A stretch of DNA of 58,255 nucleotides, filler included, from Sphacelaria rigidula (taxonomy: Eukaryota): NCBI GenBank assembly GCA_964200075.2. It is 10 parts of 10 records of this genome, joined end to end, with 100 filler letters (N's around TTAATTAATTAA, not from the genome) between each part and the next. Parts side by side here need not be neighbours in the genome. Positions count along the whole stretch, not along the records: positions 46,686 to 52,420 come from CAXNAA020024856.1; positions 52,521 to 58,255 come from CAXNAA020024857.1; 8 more parts are not named here. One strand, given 5' to 3'. Below are positions 51,773-58,255 of the stretch, in pieces; the first letter of the stretch is position 1; every line of letters starts with the position of its first letter. The position numbers and the translations under genes were made by a program. The notes under the pieces are model-generated. The model made no database searches. It had not been told where the DNA came from and was given only the letters and a program-made list of their open reading frames with translations.

Positions 51773-52309
51773 GAACGAAAAACTCAAAAAAAGGGATTGA
51801 TAGGAGAAGACTGCCAAAAGAATTTAACGAATAACCACATCGCAACCGTCCAGCTGAATATCTGGAAAAATCGCCAACATTTTGTGCAAGTTAAACTACA
51901 ACTGCTATCGGCTTCACCACCAATGCCGTTACATCAGTTACCCTGACTACTGCATACTCTCAGCCCCATCCACCACTCCCACCACTACAATAATCACGTC
52001 ATGAAACCTCTTGTGCGTAACGCGCCCATTTTCCCTTCATCCTGTCGTGCATGAGTCATCCTACCATAAGGGGGGGGGGGGGTATTTCGGGATTTTCTTG
52101 TACGGACCCCAAGTCAAATCGTCTTCGAAAGCAGCAACGTTTGTTCGAACGAGCTTCTGATAGATATATAACGCTCATTCATACTGCTTGATACCGATTT
52201 GAACCAAATACAAGCGCACCGCGAGTGTGACAAGTCGTCTGCCACACCCATGAGTCTCTTTTTTCGTGCAACCAAATCCCCCCCCCACCCCCACCCCCCC
52301 ACCCCTATC

Positions 52310-52420
52310 GACGGCGAAACAGGACGGGGATAAGCTATGTAAAAGTTTTTGTGTAATGTATGGAAGAAACGTAATGAGTGCCGGAATGTTGAAGGTGGCT
52401 CTATTAGGAGTAGGAACGGT
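52310..52420 (+). mobile_element. 5'-truncated LINE copy, cut by the contig end
   Basis: AATGTATGGAAGAAACGTAATGAG..GGCTCTAT.AGGAGTAGGAACG matches 50478-50541. Confidence 0.8.
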
Positions 52421-52520
52421 NNNNNNNNNNNNNNNNNNNNNNNNNNNNNNNNNNNNNNNNNNNNTTAATTAATTAANNNNNNNNNNNNNNNNNNNNNNNN
52501 NNNNNNNNNNNNNNNNNNNN

Positions 52521-52912
52521 TTCCTTTTCCTTTTCCTTTTCCTTTTCCTTTTCCTTTTCCTTTTCCTTTTCCTTTTCCTTTTCCTTTTCCTTTTCCTTTT
52601 CCTTTTCTTTTTCCTTTTCCTTTTCCTTTTCTTTTTTCTTTTCCTTTTCCTTTTTTTTTTCCTTTTCCTTTTCCTTTTCCTTTTCCTTTTCCTTTTCCTT
52701 TTCCTTTTCCTTTTCCTTTTCCTTTTCCTTTTCCTTTTCCTTTTCCTTTTCCTTTTCCTTTTCCTTTTCCTTTTCCTTTTCCTTCTCCTTCTCCTTCTCC
52801 TTCTCCTTCTCCTTCTCCTTCTCCTTCTCCTTCTCCTTCTCCTTCTCCTTCTCCTTCTCCTTCTCCTTTTCCTTTTCCTTTTCCTTTTCCTTTCCTTTTC
52901 CTTTTCCTTTCC
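52521..52912. repeat. Hexamer microsatellite (TTTTCC)n switching to (TTCTCC)n
   Basis: Directly visible; ~390 bp of almost pure pyrimidine at the contig start. Confidence 0.98.
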
Positions 52913-53265
52913 GTTCGGCCACTTTCCTTTTTATTCAATTCTCCTCCGTTTTCCCCGTTTTCTTTTGTCTCTCGTTTTTATGATCAGTTTACCCCGTTTG
53001 TTGTATATTTCTGTCCTTTCTGTGCCTTTGTCGAGTTCCCTTCAGCGAGTGTTTCTGTTTCGTCGATATAGGGTACGCCTGTCTCATGGATACTGACCAC
53101 CGCCTGTCTTACGGACATTGACCACTGCCGGGTCCCTCGTGGATCGGTTAATGTGCGGCAATGACTGGATGCCTGAGGGATATGTAAACGCGCGATAATT
53201 TGAAGAATATTAATTAACCAATTTATTCATTCAATCAAATGGATGCCATACATACATGAACACAG

Positions 53266-53903
53266 GCTAGATGCCAGCGTCTGCAGGGAGAAGTGGACAT
53301 GCTCACGGCGGAGCGCGACAAGCTGATGGACATTGGGAACGGTCTCAGGGCAGAGCTCAACCGCGTCATGTCGGCGAGCTACCAGGCATGAAAAACACAC
53401 AGCGATGCCGACGACTGACGCCGCATTGATGCACCGACACTCCAGTACTTGCAGACTTGCGGTAGTACCGCTCATGACTATCCATATCTGTGTTCGTTTT
53501 TGTTGTTGCTGTTGTCCTCGTCGTCCTCGTCGTCCTCGTCGTCATTGTTTTTTACTCTGTACGCTGCATTTTTGCTCGTTTTCAGGTTATAGTGTACGTT
53601 ACCATGTTGAGAATTGAAAAAAATCTCCCTCTACTCCCCTAGTTGCATTGCTTTTTTTTAGTTTGGATGGAAGCTCACCCCAAGCACTTGTAAATATATA
53701 ATACTATACACCATGCTGTTGAACAAGAACACATTCTGTTCCGGAAGGTATGCTACCATCCTTCCCCCCCCCCGTCCTCTGATCATGAGTACACCCGTCC
53801 TCTGGTTATGTTATTGCACCCCAATCGCTACTTTGTTATTGCGCTGTGACTAGTACACCTGAAACCAATTGGGGAGGAAGGTTGAGGGTGCGAATCCCGG
53901 GAG

Positions 53904-53942
<39 letters not shown>

Positions 53943-56900
53943 TCGAAGAATATTTTATTCCCATCGTTGTAAACGTGAGGGCGTGTGTAGCAAAGACACT
54001 TAGTTTATTTGACAATAGTCGACGACGCGGCGCGGGAGTGTTTGTCCAACCCACAATGCCAAAAATTGAAGAGGACGGGTGCATACATCCCTACAGAATA
54101 CAGGACTCGTCCCGAGGACGGGAAAGGTTGCGGAAGTGCAACGGAAGCCGAGGAAAACGGAACCCCCCTGACATAATTGGTTCGATGAAAGTCCACGGCC
54201 TGCGGCAGTGGTCATGATCCATCCGGTCAGACGCCCGGTACAGAGTGTAAAAAAGTGTAAGCGTTTCTGTTCGTGTTGGCATACGTTAGGCACGTCGCTC
54301 TTTTGGTCACGCCTACTAATAGATTTGCAGCGGACGGAACACTCGATGTACCCCACTCGATCAGTCGATGAAGCAATCAGTCAGTGAAGGCATCTCTCCT
54401 TGTACCGGGAGAGAGAGGTGTGTTTGTTGAACTCTTGAGACTACGGACTGGCCCCGAGAAGGCCCGCGCGCGGGGGGGGGGGAGTGTTGAAAGCACAAAC
54501 CACAAGGAAACGGGCAAAATTAGTAACTAGTGATTAGTAGTTAGTGCATGGTTATCCTTTCCTCGTGGTGCGCTTTTGTCAGAGAATGGTTCTCTTCACC
54601 CCGTGGCTTCTCCTCTACACCCTATGGCTTCTCCTCTTCACCCTGTGGCTTCTCCTCTTCACCCTGTGCTTTCTCCTCTTCACCCCATGGCTGACTGATT
54701 ATATCTCCCTGCCCTCGGAAAGTTGTCAGAGACTGGTTCGTTGATTTCACGTGCCCAGTCGCTTCTACTTCTTTTGCAAGCCGGAAGTGTCCCTTGGCAC
54801 GACCGGAGCCCAGCCACAATGTCCAATATCTCAGAAATAACGGGTAGCTGCGTGTACTGGCTTTCTGTACCCCACCGCGGTCCCTCTTCCTTGCGGATCA
54901 TGCAAAAGACGTTTGGCTAACTGCCGAGATGAGTGCCCCACGTATCACATGGGTGACCCACCGAATGAATTTTGATGTTGCAATGTCATGTCCAGTAAGC
55001 TCAGTGAGCGTATACATTCGATATATATATATATATATACATGTCTATATTTACATTGCGTTTCAGCTACGTGCGCCGCGCAGTCTCTTTCTGCCGCTAC
55101 GTGTATGCAAGGCGTTTATGAATGAGAAAACAAAACTGCTGTGTATCATCTCTGCACCGTACAGTAACTACTCTGGGCGTTTTGCCTCGTTTACTGTTGT
55201 ATCAACTTTACATTTCCACCCCCTCCCCCCCGCCCCCGCCATTCAACAGCGCGACGACGGCTTAGAAGCAAAGATACATGAGGCCGTATCTCGGGCGCAG
55301 AAAGAAACAAGAAAAAAGTATCGCGCCAGAGTGTCAGAGGTGGAAGCAGCGTTCGCGCAGCTCTCCGCCGACAATCGGCGGCTCAAAGCCAGAGTCGACC
55401 AGTCGGCAAGAGCGGCGGCGGCGGGAGGAAGAGGAGACGTTGTTGATGACGGTGACTATGATAAGGACCCCGGCGACTACGGTGGTAGTCGTGATGGTGC
55501 TGATGCCGCTAGCAGTGACTCCTTCAATCGAGACCTCGGCGAAGTGGGTGATGGTACACTGCGCGTGGGTTACATCGACGACTCCGCTGGCTTCGGGCGG
55601 CGGCGGCGGCGGCAGCGGCAGGAGCAACAACAAACGGCGTCTTTCCCTTCCGGGCGAGCGCGAGAGGAAACGAGCCGGCGCGGTGACGGCCGCAGCCTCG
55701 GGGACCACGATAACCATGGTCATGTTTTTCATGATGGGTTCGTCGACAGCGCCGCATCCCGGGGTTGGGCGGGTGGAGGCCGAAATGCTCATTGGAACAA
55801 GGGGGATCATGGGCGGCATCGACGGACAAGTAGTGCCAGTGAGTTTGAGGAGGGTGGTGGCGGTGGTGGCGACGGTGGTGGTAGAGGAGGAGGTGATAGA
55901 GTGTTCTTGACTTCTTCAAGATCGACAACCCGTCATGCTGTGGTCGTTGGGAAGCGCGTTAGGAATTCTACGCCTCCGGAAGAGGAGCAAGGTACGCTGC
56001 TCCGTACTGCACTGTAGTTCGGAGTCGGTGATCATTCTGTTGACACTTTGGAGGCAAAATTACACTTAGCTCTCTTTTTTTCTTGGTGTCCAGCGCTAGA
56101 TTTTTTTTATGTTTGATTCCCCGTGACCTAAGGTCAATCCGGCCGAGCTTCACCGCTACACGGTAAACCCCAGTTTCTTCCCGGTCTTGTCCGCAAGTGA
56201 AGAACATGAATTGTGTCGACGAAGCCGAGCATAGCTCCGGAAGTACTTCTTCGGTATTTCTGGCGCTCCGGTACGTGACGGGTGGATGCTGCCTGTAGCC
56301 GCACGGGCAAACCACCGCTCGTGTTCACTTGGTTCACTGGCTGGAATAGGCTGACCTGCCTCATCGTGTGTCTCACGGCAATGACTTTGCCACTACCATG
56401 TGCAGCTTTTACAGCTATAGGCACACACAATTCTATCTGCCTTTTGATATCAGGTAGCCGACAGATGGTGAGGGTTAGGGTTGGGGCTATGTGGGGTCGG
56501 TTGAAAGGATCCATCTTCTAGAACGCGGTGTCCGCTGTCCGCTGTCCTCTGTCGTATGTTGCGGCAGTGTCTCGAGTGAGCGAACGACCCGGCTCTTTGC
56601 TGATATTTTTCAATTTTCTGTTGACAAGATAAAACAATACGTGGCCCTGAACATTGCTGACGCGCGGTCGGCGCATTGGTTCTTGCTCCCTGTCCAGTGG
56701 TGGGTCTGCAATGTGCATTTACATGCCTTGTGCTCTCTGTTAATATTGCTTCCTTGGGTCGTCAGTTAGGTGGATACTGGCGTATCCTTATCTAATATCA
56801 AATATTGTTTTCGAAAACGAAACCCTTCCCGCCCCCCTCTCCCTCCTCTCTCTATCTCGAAACAAAAACTCGTTCTACGAAACAGGGCAGGATGAAGACC

Positions 56901-57244
56901 AAATAGTCCCGCCGCCGCCACCACCCCCGCCGCCGCGGGAAAGACGAGCAAGGAATTCCACGCGTTCGTTGTCGTCGTCATCATCCACCAGCAAGCAGCA
57001 GACAGAGGGTCAGAGAGCAGCTGCACAGCGCCTTCGCGCATGGCAGGAGAGGCGAAGGCAAAGCAGCGGCAGCAGTAGTAATTTTAATGGAGCGGGGGCG
57101 AAGGGGTCATCAGCTGCGGGAGCGGGGTCGACGCAAGGGCGACGGGACGTGACAGGATGTGAAGAGGATGCCTTGGCAACAAGTCGGCGGCATCGACGGA
57201 CTGGGGACATTAGGGTTCGGAATTACAACATCACGGAGGATTGA
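53266..57244 (+). CDS. CCDC57: CCDC57-like coiled-coil (centriolar) protein, last three exons: 53266-~53364/53385, 55250-55991, 56886-57244
   Basis: ERDKLMDIGNGLRAELNR and the terminal RVRNYNITED* resemble recalled CCDC57 motifs (LxExGNxLRAEL; C-terminal RNYN). Splice phases (0, 1) are compatible. Confidence 0.7.
53905..53939. repeat. (TA)n microsatellite; another at ~55021-55039
   Basis: Directly visible. Confidence 0.95.
54590..54692 (+). repeat. 21-bp minisatellite, ~5 copies (TTCTCCTCTTCACCCTGTGGC-like)
   Basis: Directly visible in the intron; explains the spurious LLLFTLW repeat ORF. Confidence 0.9.
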
Positions 57245-58255
57245 TTCGACTTGTTTCTATACTCGACCTCAGTTGAGGAGGGCGTTTCACGCGGTGAAGT
57301 CAGCACCTGCGCGTATTTTTTTGCGGTGTAGATGTGCTTTTCTCTGTGGAGTAGCCGACATGAGGGTTGAGCGCAGTGTGTCTAATGGGTGGGGGGTGAG
57401 CCACTCGGTCTGCTGGTGTCGAGAGAAAGTGGGTGTGTTTCTCCATCCCTAAGGGCGGGAAAGGTCGCAAGCAAATTTTGAATCTGGCGAGAAAAATGCC
57501 GCGTACAGTCGAAATAAACGATACTCGGAATGTAATTAGAAACGGGCCGTTGTGGTGGCTTGCCGGAACGTTCATGAATGTGCCGGTATGTTGTTCCCTC
57601 CCCCCCCCCTTGTTTGAAGATGAACCCATCGTTAATCCTGGTGGTTTAGAAGCGTGATATATTTTCCATGATGCGATGCGGCAGGTAGGGGCGAAAAAAG
57701 TTCGTGAGTCGCGATGTTTCGAGGTGTCTGGATCGCGGGCGGGGATGCTGTTGCTGTTGATTGTTGCTCCGTAGGACGTTCGATGCCTGGAACACTTCAC
57801 GGGTGGAAACCAAGGGCCCCAAAACCAAGTCCTGTACACAGGAGCGTTCAGTGGGCTACCCTTCAGGCGGGAGGCGAGCTGTCTACTGCGTGTTGCTAGA
57901 GAGGAGCGCGTGCATTCTTCAATGTTGTGTTGCGGGATGGCATCCGCCCGGCTACGCCGATCAACTCTGTACTGGGTGGTTTGGGGTGATCGTCTTAACC
58001 TCCAACCGACCTTTGCGTGAAATACCCCGACTTTGTGCCATTTGCTCTCGGACTGACTTTTCCAGTTGGCGTGTGATCCTGCGGTGGACATCAAAGCAAT
58101 GCCTTGTGTTATGACGTGATATTCACCATGGCATTGTAATGCCTGCCTCCCACACATTTTTTTCATCTGTTCTCATGATATTGGTGCCGTACAGTAGAAA
58201 ACGTCAGTCCTGTGTGTGTGTGTGTGGGGGGGGGGGGGTTCTCATGATCATGCAT

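Noticed and set aside
5738..52520. Regularly spaced TTAATTAATTAA motifs and any cross-segment gene cluster
   Set aside because: These are artificial linkers between size-sorted contigs; adjacency across them is not biological.
52465..52938. KG/KE-repeat ORFs
   Set aside because: They are translations of a hexamer microsatellite running into the linker.
53840..53902. tRNA-like B-box sequence (also ~9285 and ~31140)
   Set aside because: No complete cloverleaf; at most decayed SINE heads.
57300..58166. 288-aa minus-strand ORF
   Set aside because: No domain or coding-like composition; it lies in the 3' flank of the CCDC57-like gene.

Overview
This is not one locus. It is ten unrelated contigs of 5735-5737 bp in descending size order, joined by nine artificial 100-bp linkers (44 N + TTAATTAATTAA + 44 N), so gene neighbourhood means something only within a contig. 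The DNA is eukaryotic, rich in introns and transposons, and most likely from a brown alga; this is inferred from an EsV-1-7 repeat gene, long GT-AG introns and an apparently plastid-targeted FabD. Manual splicing recovers partial genes for GTP cyclohydrolase II, malonyl-CoA:ACP transacylase, a TM9SF protein, an ARL6IP4/SR-25 protein, a WHEP + MetRS-type GST protein and a CCDC57-like protein. It also recovers a disrupted EsV-1-7 gene with about 17 repeats and a spliced, frameshifted Sola/DUF7869-like transposase. Mobile DNA includes a degenerate APE-RT LINE, nested TIR elements, several MITEs and a long inverted repeat. The most unusual signal is a LINE family whose 3' end is apparent stop codon + GTAC(A/G) + a poly(C) tail, seen about ten times across independent contigs. 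All protein calls come from motif recognition by eye, not database searches.
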